Assembly (NCBI RefSeq): GCF_018350175.1
Contig: NC_058368.1
Span: 81,718,001 to 81,782,000 of the forward strand
Reading direction: 5' to 3'
DNA length: 64,000 bases
Origin: Felis catus
Taxonomy: Eukaryota
Made by a program: the position numbers and the translations under genes. How positions within the stretch are numbered: the stretch's first letter is position 1; each line of letters starts with the position of its first letter. This document shows, piece after piece, positions 1 through 12,561 of this stretch. The notes under the pieces were generated by a model. That model ran no database searches. It was not told where the DNA came from and saw only the letters and a program-made list of their open reading frames with translations.

Positions 1-131
1 TTCATGGGTTCGAGCCCCGCGTCGGGCTCTGCACGGACACGGCGGATTCTCTCTTTCTTCCTCTTTCTCTGCCCCTTCCCTGATCACACTGACTCTGTCT
101 CTCTCAAAATAAATCAATAAACTTAAAAAAA
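1..131 (+). mobile_element. Can-SINE, 5' end cut by the window edge
   Basis: GGTTCGAGCCCCGCGTCGGGCTCTG (B-box region), CT-rich tract, AATAAA/A-rich tail. Confidence 0.9.
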
Positions 132-2078
132 TCATAACCGTCATTACCATCATCATTAAGCAATGATGAATATTCCTAGGAAGTTCAGGTGTTTATAAAT
201 CAGGGGGGGGGGAGGATATTTGAAAAGGACACTTTTCCATTCTTCCTGAGCTAGTCCCAGGTGACAGTTCCATCATTAGGGTCTGAGGCTACTGAATAAC
301 TACACGAGTCAGAATCCAAGATTCTCATTTACTCCGAATCTGTCACAAGGAATCTTGTGGATACATTTATTGCTTTTGTTTTATTAAGAGAAAGCTCAGT
401 AGTTCACACAGCAAACACGTTTGTAAAGATCAGTGTTACTTCCACGTTTTCCCAAGTCGCTGTCTCTCAGGAGACAGATTCTTCCCTCTGCTTCTTATCT
501 AACATGCAATTAACAGAATTGACTTTTTAGAACTTGGCTCATGATCCTCAGGGCAGCTTCCTGGGTCCTTCCAGGCCAGGGTGACACACGGGACACTGCA
601 CTCTCCTTTGGAAACTTTAACACAGGTTTTCACCGCATCTTTGTTTTGAAGATTAGGTGGCTGCTGTCATCTCCCCACTGGGCCACTTGATGAGCCCAGG
701 GGCTGTGTGTGTCCTTACCTGATGTCAGCCCCAGGCCCCGGTGCAACGTCTGGCACACAGGGGTTCTGCATACGTGGTTGTCGAATGAATAAATGTGAGG
801 ACAGACGAACATATGGATAAACGAAATGATGCTGTTAGTTTCCAATGCCTGGTCATTATTTTAGACTTTATACTATAAAAACTTGGAATTTCACCTTTTT
901 GTAATAGCTTTTCAGTATCTTTAGCAAGAACATCAGATTCAGACATTTAAACATACTGCTTTGCTTTTACACCCATCTGTTTGTCATCCTTATTCAGAAT
1001 ATGCCATAGGCTTTATCTTACCGATCTTTATCAGAGTAGAGTTGCATTCAACCAAAACTATCATCAGTTCCTGTTTTATATCATTGTATAATTTGTGTAT
1101 TTATTTATCTATTGAATTGGTTCCTTACAAAAAGAAGCTTATTGGGACATTTGACAGAACCTTAAAAGAAAAACATTTTCATTTGTTGTATTTATTTTAT
1201 TAAATTGATTTGAATTTAAGAGTTCTGTGTCAGAAAACCTCAAGTTTCACCTCACCTATAGCATAAGGGTAAATTTACCAGAAAAAGTAAGAAGTTGTCC
1301 TGTCATTATGTAAGTGAGTACCAAAAGAGTAAAAATGCTTCATGATTAATGCATGTAGCTCTTAACATTCTAGCCATCTGTGCTTTATGTGGTCTGCCGG
1401 TTTGTTAATAATGCATTACTATTTGTTTCTATCCCAAATAAGTTGCATGACAGGAAAAGACACCAAGTTTTTTTAAGACACCAAAATTTTAACCCACTTC
1501 ATGAAATCTGAATTTCATGTCAGGTGTGGATAAACCTCCCCTCCCCTCTTCTTCTCTCCCACCCCCTCCCACCCCCTCCCAAGCCAACCCAAGCCAACCC
1601 AACCCACCTGATCCCATCCCATCTCTGTCCCAGTCCATCTCTGTCCCATCCCAAACCACTCTTGGGCCATGTCGGCCAATACTGTTTTCCAATGTACCTA
1701 TTTCACCATGTTATTCATTTATTACCTTAGAATCCTTTAATTCCCTTGTTCTGTCCTGGCCACAAGCCCTGTATTCAGAGTAGATAGTGTGAGTACACTC
1801 TGGCCCATCTGATGCTAACATTATAGCTGCTGTCCATGTCAATAGCTGGGTGCTAAACATTTTGAATTTCTCTCCAGCTATATGACTTGGTAAATGTTGC
1901 CCTTAAAGGGTCCCTGTGCTGTGGGGAGGAGTGGAAACTTTATTTCCCCGAGGCCTGGTGGCAGGAAGTGAGGCAGAGAATTCTTTCCCGTCACTCCCTG
2001 CTGGAATGAGCAGACATGCAGGTTGGAGTCGTCAGAATCCAGAGCCTCTCTCTGAAATGAAGTGTGGTGCGCATGCAC

Positions 2079-2410
2079 GATAGGTGTGCACACACGATTG
2101 ATAGATGTGCACACACGACTGATAGGTGCGCACACATGATAGGCGTGTGCACACGATTAATAGGTGTGCACACATGATAGGTGCACACACACGACTGATA
2201 GATGTGCACACATGATAGGTGTGTGCACATGATAGGTGTGCACACACAACTGATAGGTGCACACACGATTGATAAGCATGCACACATGATAGATGCACAC
2301 TCTATAGGTGCACACACGTGACAGGCATGTACACACATGGTAGGTGCACACACACATGATTGATAAGTGTGCACACATGATAGGTGTGAACACACAATAG
2401 GTCTGCATGC
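2079..2410. repeat. Minisatellite, about 18 units of mostly 17 or 21 bp, consensus GATAGGTGTGCACACA(T/CGAYT)
   Basis: Units read directly, e.g. gataggtgtgcacacacgatt / gatagatgtgcacacacgact / gataggtgcgcacacat. Confidence 0.95.
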
Positions 2411-2759
2411 AGCGTCTATTGTGGTGGCCCCATCTTCTAAAAACACCCCCCCATCCCCATAAGACCCTGCAATCCAGGGGCAGAAGTGATCTTCCGGTTG
2501 GGAAGTACCCGTGGGTGTGGGTCCCCTGACACTGTAGCATGAACTCCTTCCATGCTTGGTGCTCTGGGGTAATGGAAAATGAAAATATGGAAATAAGATT
2601 AGCTTCTGACCCAAGAGACCTACAGTTTGGTTTGGGAACCAAGGATAATGCATAGAATCACATTGTCCAGGGTCAAACAGAATACGATGAAATAACAACA
2701 AGCACACAACGGCACCGCTACAAGAGCTTCGCACGTGTTAAGACAGGAACCTGTCAGCA

Positions 2760-2890
2760 GTCCATGAGGCAGGGATCGTCATTTCCCCATTTCCCAGACG
2801 AGACCCAGAGAGCTCACACAACCTTCCACGGTCTTGAGTTAGCAAGCGGCAGACCGGGATTTGAATCCAGCAGTCTGGCTCCGGCGTTAA
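2760..2890 (-). mobile_element. MIR SINE fragment
   Basis: Diverged MIR core: ccccatttcccagacgag...ggcagaccgggatttgaatccagcagtctggctcc. Confidence 0.7.
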
Positions 2891-4519
2891 TTTTTACACT
2901 GTGAAAGCCATGGCTGTTTCCTGGAGAGACAGCCAGTGATGACCTCCCCCAGGGCTCTCGGCAGGAATCGTTCCATCTCGAGGGGTGAAGGAGAGCCATT
3001 GCCATGGGCTCACAGAATCGGGGGCGGCTGCAAGGCCAGGCTCAGAAGGTGGCCGCACAGACCAGACGCAGGGAGCTGGGTGACCCACCACAGGCAGGCC
3101 TGGAGTAGCAGCGGCCCCTTCTGCAAACACTTCCTCTGCCTTTGGGCTGCTTGTTCAAGGAGAAAAGTCACAGAGATGGTTGAATACCACCCCCGGCTAC
3201 ACTGGGGAGCAGAGAGAGGAAAGGCTACCCCCCGATCTCCTGTGGTCAGAGATCCCATTGTGCTCAGCGCACGCTGAGTGGTCCCCCCACACCGGCTCTG
3301 GGGGAAACGCGGTAGAGAATGACATCGCACCTCACAAGTGCTGGGAACTGTCTCGCGTCCAAGACCTCGCTGGGTGGGATGTCCCAAGGAGGGGACAGGG
3401 CTGGTGGGAAGTGGGCGGCATAGCCCCAAACTGGCCGCATGCCCTACAGTGGGCTCTATAGGGAGGCATGTGGGCTGCGCATCTGCAGACAGGGGGAGGC
3501 AGAGCAGGGCAGGGGGAGGAGGCCTGGAGAACACCAGGAGACCTGTTGTTCCAGCAGGCCTTTCGTCCCGGCTCCCACGTGCCCAGCTCGTTACTGTCCA
3601 GGCACTGCCGCTGCCAGAACTAGAGGGATGCACTTTGCTAAAGGATGTCACAGAAGCCATGCAGAGAGTGGCGCATGACCAAGTACCTGCAAAGCCACCG
3701 CCAGGGAGAAGACACAGGTGGCGCCACGGCACCTGCGTCAGGTCCCTGCCGCCGTGAGACATGTTATCCCAGGCACAGATGTCCAAACAGCACACACTTA
3801 CCTCCCGGTGTCTGTGGGCCAGGGGTCCGAGGACAGTTAGCAGAGGCCTCTGCTCAGGGTCTCGGGACCTTGACATCGAGGTGTGGTGGGGGCGGGGCTC
3901 CCGCTGAGGCTCAGAGCTGCCTTCCACATTCGCCACTGGCTGCTGGACTAGGTCCCTTGTGGTTGAGGGACCGAGCTCCCTGTGTATTGCACCCGCCGGC
4001 CGGGGACTGTTGTCAGGTGCGGGGGCGCCTGCTGTCCCCTGCCATGTGGCACTTGCGGCAACACGGCAGTCTGCCCCTTCAAGGCCAACAGGAGTGTCCC
4101 TGCTGCTTCCAATCTGTCTGACTTCTGCCCTTCATCCAGGCCCACCTGCAAAGTCTCCTTTTGACTAACTTCCAGTCAACTGATTAGGCACCCTAATTAC
4201 ATCCGCAAAATCCCTTTGTGATATGACCGACATAGTCCCTGGAGAGAAAGCCCAGGGCTTGCGGGACTGCAGAGAGCACACGTGGCTTCTGCCTCCCACG
4301 ACCCTGGAGAAAGGAGAAATACCTGAGGAGGGGAATGTTCCATCTGTGCTCTGCAAGGGGGGAGGGGGTTGCCCAGTGCCCAGGAGGGAGGGGAGGGTTC
4401 CAGGGGGTGGAGTCAGTAACAGCAGGAAAGGGCTACATACGTGGGGTCAGCCGGAGTGTGAGAGCCAGTGAAAACGAGATTGAAAAGTTGGGTTTCGGTC
4501 AATAAAAAGCAATGAGACA

Positions 4520-4732
4520 GGGCGCCTGGACACCTCAGTCAGTTAAGCTTCTGACTCTTGATTTCAGCTCAGGTCAGGATCTCACAGTCTGTGCGATTCA
4601 GCCCTGTGTTGGGCTCTGTGAGGACAGGGCGGAGCCTGCTTGGGATCCTCTCTCTCCCCGTCCCTCTGCCTCTCCCCTGCTCATGCGCGTGTGTGTGCAT
4701 TCTCTCTCAAAAATACATAAACTTAAAAAAAA
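4520..4732 (+). mobile_element. Can-SINE
   Basis: GGGCGCCTGG head, CT tract, A tail; imperfect TSD aaaaagcaatga / aaaaggcaatga. Confidence 0.92.
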
Positions 4733-5827
4733 GGCAATGAAATCAAATTAATATTTAATTGTGAATATGTCAACCATAAATTGGGTGATAGGATCAAATT
4801 CTTTATTGTAAAATTCACAAAAGTAAAATGACTCCATGATTGTAATATAACAAACAATAAGGTTTATAAATAGACCCTCGGCAGCCACGTGAGACTTAGT
4901 TAGACCAAGATGCCACAGAGCTATTAGCAGTCCCTTTCTCTGCCATTAGGGACTCTGGGCGGTATTGATCCTCCTGCCGCGGCCATCAGGACGAGCCAAG
5001 GGAACCCCCCTCTCTCCCCCATGAGCTGAGGTCCACACAGCCATCCCCAGCTCACAGCCATGGCAGGCGGGTGAGGAGGGGTGGGAAGAGAGGGTGAAGG
5101 AAGGGAAGGGGAGGCAGGGCAGAGACAGAAGACACACGTGTGATGAGGGACCTCTGGTCGCTGGGGTTCGAGAAGCCTCGGAGGTTCTGAGCTACCCTCG
5201 TTACAGGCCAGTGGTCAGCTCCATCTGGCCCTGGTCTGTCCTCACACAGTTCCCAAATCCTCAAGATAAACACAGCAAGAAGTTCGTTTTTTGTTTGTTT
5301 TGTTTTTACTTTAGGTGGAATTCTGAACGACGGAGAATCAGAGCCCAAACAGGAGACACAGAAGCTAGTCTGGCGATCCCGCAGACGCGACAGCAGGTCC
5401 CAGATCTGCTGAGACAGTGAAGGATGGGGTGTGGGTGACGTTCCCACCGAGACTCACGTGGGACCTAGCAGGTGAAGGAGTGTCTTTGTCACCAGCACGG
5501 AAGACATTCTCCGCGACGTTGCCTTCCCCACCCGGCAAACGTCCCCCTGGAGCAGCTGAGAAAAGTGTTTTAAAGGGCGGAAACTAATGCAAGCGGTAGG
5601 TTCTATTGTGCATATTTCAGATCCGGGATGTGGAATTCGCAGCCTCACTTGATGACATTTTAATTAAGTTTCTAATTTTACCAGGGAGGGAGCAAAAATA
5701 ATCTACTGGTATCTTAAATGCTGACATCACCTCAGGCTTCTGGACAGCCTCAGGGTTCAGGACTGAGGGCAGGCCGACCCCAGGACCGCTGTGGCACGGA
5801 GATCCCAGCTGAGGGCAACGGAGACCC

Positions 5828-6195
5828 TGTGGGCTCAGGAGAAACTTCCGAGCTTCCTTTAACTCCACGGGAGACTCTAAACAGGGGGCCTTTCCCAGAG
5901 TAAGAGCTATTAGCAGAGATGAATGTTATCCGGGTGAGCCATCTGTACGGCAGGACAGACGTCTAATTGCCGAACATCTGTCCTCTTTCCACCCTGCGAG
6001 GTGGGTTCCTTTCTCCGGCGGCCCCAGATCCTCGCATTCCCCATGACACACACACCTCAGTTTGCCCTACTGTCTTCAGAATTTCCAGGTCTGTGTGCAT
6101 TCCTCATACACACGCCCATTAAATTTGATTTTCTCCTGTTAATGTCTCATGTCAATTTGATTCTTAGTCCAGCCAGCAGGACCTTGGAGGGGTTT
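5828..6195 (+). mobile_element. Probable ERV1-class solo LTR fragment
   Basis: The 3' part (attaaatttgattttctcctgttaatgtctcatgtcaatttgattcttagtccagccag) resembles the polyA/U5 region of ERV1 LTRs as I recall them. Boundaries are uncertain. Confidence 0.45.
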
Positions 6196-6789
6196 GCTCA
6201 GGATCCTGGAGTTCTGGGTCATTCTCTGAAGGCTTCCAAAGCAGATGGAAGAAAACATCCATCCTCACAGCCTCTCTGGATACAGATTCTTCAAGGACTT
6301 CCTTTTCCTAAGAGACGTCACACCAACAGAGCCACACAGTCTGCTTCCTGCTCTGTTAGGCCAGAAATTGATCATTTCAGTCCCAAATTGGTAGCCTGTC
6401 TCCATTTATACCTTAGATTGAAAAATGGGAGACAACTTTTAGAAAATAATTTATAATGAAAACTTGCTGATTAAAACTAACTATACTTATTATTTGTAGC
6501 GAGTGCTTTTAGTTAAAATAAGGTTCCCCAAGTAGGAAATCATTCTAAGAAACTGCCACATGCTGTTTGCTTGATTTTTTTAAGGAACTGATCTGCCAAG
6601 TTGCGAGACCCTCCCTTCATAGCATCTACTCGAACACCCACTCATATTCTGGGGCTCACGGGGTACCTCGGCACCCAGTTCTGTTGTGAATGTGATCCAT
6701 GGGTTTTTGTTTGGCTATGTGGCCACTCTGTTTTAAGGCTGGGATTTGGAAAGACTAAAGACTGCCACCATCATCTTCTACTTCCAACC

Positions 6790-7212
6790 TTTTTTTGGAT
6801 ACATCATCGTACTTTATTCAAATTCCACTCTGATCACCTATGGTCCAAGAACACTCGAATAATAAACCAAATATGAACAGATGTTAAAGATTGGTCTTTA
6901 TTATAGCCAATGATGCCAATCACTTGCCTGTGATCTTGCCGACATAAAACCACATCCACCCCTCGGCGGCCACCAAACCACTCAGCCTAGTTTCCTTAAA
7001 CGTGAACTGTTTGAAGCTACCAGCTTGAGGACTCTTGACTATTTCTTTCAAGCTCTGAGTAGCTGTAGGGATCTCAGCAGGGGCTGGAGGAAACAGCGCA
7101 ACCTTGGCATAGTGCCCAAACGTGGCCAGTCGAGGCTTCGGGTAAGTCACAGCTGCATTCACCAGTGCAGGAAACTTCTCGGTGAGGTTATAGACAAAGT
7201 GGGCCGTGGTTC
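6790..7212 (-). pseudogene. ATP5MG: Processed pseudogene (retrocopy) of ATP synthase membrane subunit g
   Basis: Intronless minus-strand frame TAHFVYNLTEKFPALVNAAVTYPKPRLATF...QAGSFKQF...MWFYVGKITGK*, colinear with recalled ATP5MG/ATP5L. The start ATG is mutated to ACG (7207-7205), there is a premature TGA at 6922-6920 followed by a frameshifted GIIGY remnant, then 3' UTR, AATAAA (6818-6813) and an A7 tail remnant (6796-6790). Confidence 0.95.
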
Positions 7213-7578
7213 CAAGATCACTTTGGACATGTTTTAAATCAGCATTTCCTACCTACGACTCTGTACTCAGCCAAATCACCCATTAGGTATTACATCAGAG
7301 AAAAAACTTGCTTTGGACATTTACTTTCCATGCACCGTTCCCAGGAAGCTACTGGAGAATATATTCCACCAAAATAAAGAGACACAACACGAAAGGAGGT
7401 ACGGGATCTGGACGAGCGGTGGACGGCATTCCCGGGACAGGTGAAGGGAGGCCACCGTGGGGCCAGCACAGGGCGCCAGGCGGCTGCAGGAGAGCATCTC
7501 CGGGTGAGAACCGGATGTGTGTGCTCACTCGGACAGTTTTGCAACGTTGTCAGAGCTGGCTGTGATTAGCGGCAAATA

Positions 7579-7785
7579 AGTAAAACCCTGGATTGCAAGT
7601 AACTTGTTCTGTGAGGGTTCTGCAAGACAAGCAAACGTTTCTCATAAATTTTAACTAGATAAACGAGCAATGTCACATGATCACAACTGAGCCAATGATT
7701 CTTGAAATTCGCTTTGACCCACTAGTGCTTTGGATTACAAGCATGTTTCCAGAACGAGTTATGCTCACAAACCAAGGTTTTACTG
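7579..7785. mobile_element. Tc1/mariner Tigger-type MITE
   Basis: Terminal inverted repeats AGTAAAACCCTGGATTGC...GCTCACAAACCAAGGTTTTACTG, flanked by TA on both sides (7577-7578 and 7786-7787). Confidence 0.85.
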
Positions 7786-10700
7786 TACATAGAAGATCAA
7801 GAAAATGAAGGGAAGGAAGGAGTGGTGACCGTCAAGGAAGAAAGTTTGTGCAGGAAAAGACCTGTAGTGAGAACACAGCCGTGGGGCGTCCGTGCCATGG
7901 AGGCACACGGCCATGTCCGCTCATGCAGAATAGCACGTAGCGTTAATACGCAGAATACTGACCCAACGAGGATGTCCTGAACCGTGGGGGTAGGCAGTGG
8001 GGGGGGGGGGAGGGAGGTGTTCGCAGCAGTAGAAAAGAGGTAAACACTTGGTCTCCTCTAGGAAGAAATCAATCGATAGCTTCCAAGGTAAAAAATAATA
8101 CAGCATAAGCACATTTTTACAAATACAGAAGCAATCAAGGAAGAAAAAGCCAAGGTTATAGGTGATTCTCTGCAGGAAAGGGTTTCAAGCTGAGGTGTCT
8201 GGTTATTGTCATAGGCCAGGTAGCTCTTAATTTTAAAGCCATGCAAATGCACGTCATTGATTAAAAGTAAAATGCATTTTTCACATAAGCAAAGTTTTAT
8301 TGCAACACAGAAAACAGACCTGATGCGCGTCCGCCAGGTTACACGGATGGAAACCAACCGATCTTTGCCTTTCCTCTTCTGTTCCAGGTGCACGCTGTTT
8401 TGGACCCAGCCCAGCACTTTCCCCACAGGACACTCAGGTCTGAGGCAGAGACGGTGTGACCGCTGTTCCGGTGTGAGGACTCTCCCCTCTGCAGACAGCC
8501 CTGGACACACATACATCTTGACCTTGTTGGGAGTGCTGGCCGGAGGTGTCCTGCTTTGTTCTGGGCAGCGGCTCTTGGCCAGGGGGTCAGCCTCTCAGAC
8601 ACGCACACGCTTGCCCTTCTCCCACGCGAGGACCACTGTGGTGGACCTGAGGAGGCCCCAACTGGTTGGCCAGGTCGTGTGATGGTACAGAGGTCACGAG
8701 TGGAGGGGCCTGGGGCAACACTGGTGGTAAGGGGGCAGGCGCCCAGGCTGTGAGGCAGGGCAGGGCTCCCAGTTGCCGCAACCTAGACTCACCAGGGAAT
8801 GTGCTGGGGCTCCTTAGGGTCTCCTCCCTGGATGCAGCAAGCTGGGGAATAAGGCCATGCATCCCCTGGAGGGGACCAAGTAGAGAGGAAAGAAGGATGA
8901 CACTTGCTGAAAGCCTCTAGTATGGGTCAAATTACACAAATCATGACATTTAGCCTCGTCCTCTCAGCTCCCTGATGCTGACCTGAGCATTCGATCGTGC
9001 CCCCAGGCTGGGGACCCACCGTGGGTCACCCTTTTGTATCTTTGACTTCCCAAAGCACCAGCCCTGTCCCATCATCGCTGGCAGGGGGGTGAGGAAGCCC
9101 AGAGAAGTGGAGAGCTGGTGGGAGAGTGGGGGGAATTAGCCTCTACAGGCAGAGCCCAAGGCCCAAGGCTCTTTGCCCACATCTCCGTGCTTCCCACCCC
9201 ACCCCACCTCCTGACCGAAACTCACTCCCCCCCCCCACCCCCTCGGCCCCTGGAACAACTCTTTCTCTTTCTGCCTCCTTGAGTACGACTTCTCAAGGTG
9301 GGGTCATACACGATGGGTTCTCTCGTGTCTAGCTTATTTTACTCAGAATAATGTCTTCAAAACTATTAAATTACATATATGCATATGTACATTTTTCACT
9401 TTTGGCTCTTTGATTAAAATCAGATCACCTCCAGTTAAAACTGATGAAATATTCTTGTAGATTATGATAGGGAATTGATACCTTAAGGAAAACCATTTCA
9501 TCTTTCTCTTTACAGAGAGAGAGGGACAAGAAAAAGCACTTTCCCTGTTTTCTGGAACACGCCCACAAATAAAGGCGCAGCAACACACTGTCCTGTGCCG
9601 GCAAAGCGCCTGGACGGGGCAGCTGCTCTGAGTGACACTCCACCCGAATTATTGTCCAGCTCCAATCTCAAAGCCCTGGACTTTACTTCTGTTGTCAGCA
9701 GCCTCTTTAAGCTTCTGTTCAAATAAATGAGGACGACAAATTATTTTCATGACTTTCTTGGTAATTTCAAGCTCCACAGAACTCAGCTTTTTTTTTTTTT
9801 TTTCCTGAAAGGAAACTGGAATTAAAATAATTGATTTCTTTAGAAAAAAAAAAAAAACAAAAACAAGGGGCAGGGGTGCAGGGAGTGTGGAAAAGAAATC
9901 AGGAAAGAGAAAATAATTCTTAGCGTCTTTTCCTTTTATGTATTTTCTCACTGAAAGATAACTGGGAGAAATGGGGAACTAAGAAGCAAACATACTGAGA
10001 TCAGGCTCACTTTGGGACAGGCGACCCCCTGGCATGGCAGCCCCAGCAGGCGTTGAAGCGGGGTCTCCGTGGTGGTGCACTGAGCACGGCGGAGGGGCAG
10101 GGCCTGAAGACCCCGAGCAAAGCCTCTAGGGCTCACTCCCCAGCCGTGTCTGCACACCTGAAGGAAGAAAGCCTAAGAAGAAAAAGGCACAGAGCGACAG
10201 TGGAGACAAACCTGTCAAGGACAAGAGTCAGAGAGCAGGTGGTGTCTGAGGATGGGCGAGCGTGGGGACCCCGCAGCCAGACCTGGTGAGCACAGGAGTC
10301 CCAGGACTCGGTGATGGTTTTCACGGCAGAGCTCACACCAGCGTTGCCCAGAAGATGTAATCTTGATAATTCTTTGCGACTGGCACTCATACTAGTCACA
10401 TATTCTGGATTAAGAATGATAATGAAGGTAACTTATTCCATTTTGGATACCTGTGTACTGACCGACTCTCAGGAGTCACTTCCTCACTGGCTCCTCCCAG
10501 GTGTGGGGACACCGGACCCTGTATCATCACCACATTCCTGGAGAAGGGGATGGCGAGTCTGGCGGAGTGAGGTGACCTCAGTCACAGTTGAACCCAGGAC
10601 CTCACTCTCCACAGCACCCCCTCGCGTACTGCCTGGTCTAAACGCACAGGTGTTTTCTCTACCGGTGCTGGAACCTCGTACCCTCCCTTTATCCTGCTCC

Positions 10701-10848
10701 ATGAGTGCTCGTGGCTGAAATAGCAGTGTAGGGACATTTACTTTTTCACTTTTACTGAGCACCTATCATGTACAAGGGACCGTGCTATGCCCTGGGGAGG
10801 ACAACAGGACCAGTAATAGAGGGCATCGCAGGCAGACAGATGTTCAGA

Positions 10849-11037
10849 CCAGCGGATCTCCAACTTGCCGGGTCTCGGAGCTTTTAAAAAACACTGATGC
10901 TGGGACCCCACTCCAGACTGATAGAATCAAAGAGTTGGGACTGGGGGGAGGGAGGGGTCCCAAGAAATCTCTGTTAAAAATATGTACATATCCCTGGGTG
11001 ATTTTAATTGGCAACCAGGGCTTTTCGACAAATAACT
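10849..11037. mobile_element. MER5-like hAT-Charlie DNA transposon remnant
   Basis: Resembles MER5: ggagcttttaaaaaacactgatgctgggaccccactccaga...gaatcaaa...ccctgggtgattttaat...caaccaggg. Confidence 0.6.
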
Positions 11038-12329
11038 AAGTTATGCTGAGTTGGTGCCTTTAAAAGTACTAGTAGAGAAACTAGTAACAGAGGGAGCTGA
11101 GGAAGGTATAGGGGATGAGGGTGTGACTACAAAGGAGGAGCAGGTTTGTGGGACGAAGTGGGGTTGCCGCAGAAGATTCCAGACAAAAGGGATGAGGGAG
11201 GCCAGAGTGAGCCTGTGGCTTTTTGCCACCGGGGAATCCCAGGACCAATCCGTGGGAAGACAGAGCCCACACCATCTGGCCCTGCAGGGACAGTGGCCTG
11301 AGAGAGGGGTACAGAATGTTCCAGCAGCTTGGAGGGGCAAGGCTGATCACCGAGGAGGCCGAACCCCCCAACGCAGGGTGCCTGTCCTTCCTCACACAAA
11401 AACAGAACACATCAATAGCTCATACTTCCCTGTCCCGTGTCTTCAGTAGTCAGTTTGGGCTTCAGCTTTGTCGTTGGAGAGAAAGGTAACAGTTCTGAAC
11501 CATCTTTCCTGGAAGGTTCCACTTTTTCGCCCCCCCCATTCTTATTTCCCCAAAGTTTTTCTCACTTAGAAGTCAATGAACCCAAGACCCCTGGTTACCA
11601 TTGGAGGCATCTCCAAGGTGGAGGGGAGGGACGCACAGCAGGTGTTCGCGAGTCTGTGCACAGGTGTGGGTGAGCATCCAGAGGTGAACCCGCAGTTTGA
11701 CTTCAGTTCTGGAGTTTGCCTCCTGCTTTGTCCCCGCTCTCACCAGACAGAACTTGCCGTGGTGAGGCAGCCATGCTGTGGGGGTTGGCAGCGGGGGTCC
11801 CCATGACCTGACGATGAGTAAGATCCCTCCATTCTCCTCGGGTGCTCGCCAGTCAGCAGTCAAGGATCTGCACTAAATCCAGGCCTATGCCGACCATCTA
11901 CCGGCATTCTACCACCCAGGGATGTGCACTTAGCCGACCCAGTCAGAGTCCAAGATTCTCTCTGCCCAGTGGGAACGGAGAGACACATATTCCCGCTGCC
12001 ATTTCACTAGGGACTGGCCATGATCCTGGCAATACTTCCCATGACTCTTTAAGTCAGTCTGTGCAGACGATTTCCAAGATGACCGCACACAGTTCTCTCC
12101 TCTCATGCTGCCAGGCCCTCCTCCAACCAAGATGTGAAATCTAGTCTACTCCTCTCCTTGGATCTGGGCCAGCTTTGGAACCTACTTTCCCTGAGAGAAC
12201 GTGGCAGAAGCAGTGTCCCGGCTTTCAGGGGCTGTATAACGTCTACTTTGGCCCTTTCGGTTTCCAGCTGCCGCGTAAGGAAGCAGAGGCTAGACTGATG
12301 AGAAACCGTGTGGAGCAACAGAGGTCAGC

Positions 12330-12561
12330 CCGCTCCCAGCTTTTCATCCCCCAGGCTGAGACACTGGACATGACTGAAGCCCCTGAACCTTCCAGAACCT
12401 TCCAGGCCCAGCGGAGTCCCCCAGAGAATGCAGGTGCACGAACAGTCCCTGTCAGCACCAAGGAGCCATCCCACCAAACCACGGGGTCCTGAGAAATAAA
12501 CACTTATTGTCAAAGCCCCCAAGTTTGTAGAGATTTGTCGTACAGAGGTAACTGGTTCACA
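12330..12561 (+). mobile_element. MLT1 (ERVL-MaLR) LTR 3' fragment
   Basis: MLT1-like end: gagaaataaacacttattg...aagcccccaagtttgtagagatttgtcgtaca...taactggttcaca. Confidence 0.55.

Noticed and set aside
2079..2410. CRISPR-like appearance of short palindromic repeats (also 39305-39530 and 55427-55580)
   Set aside because: Units are head to tail with no unique spacers, there are no cas genes, and the context is mammalian.
1878..2734. Cys/His-rich ORFs that look like metal-binding or zinc-finger proteins
   Set aside because: They are translations of the TG/CA-rich minisatellite, similar in several frames, with no true C2H2 spacing or gene structure.
3010..3936. 308 aa minus-strand ORF
   Set aside because: No recognisable domain, composition typical of GC-rich non-coding DNA, and overlapped by ORFs in other frames.
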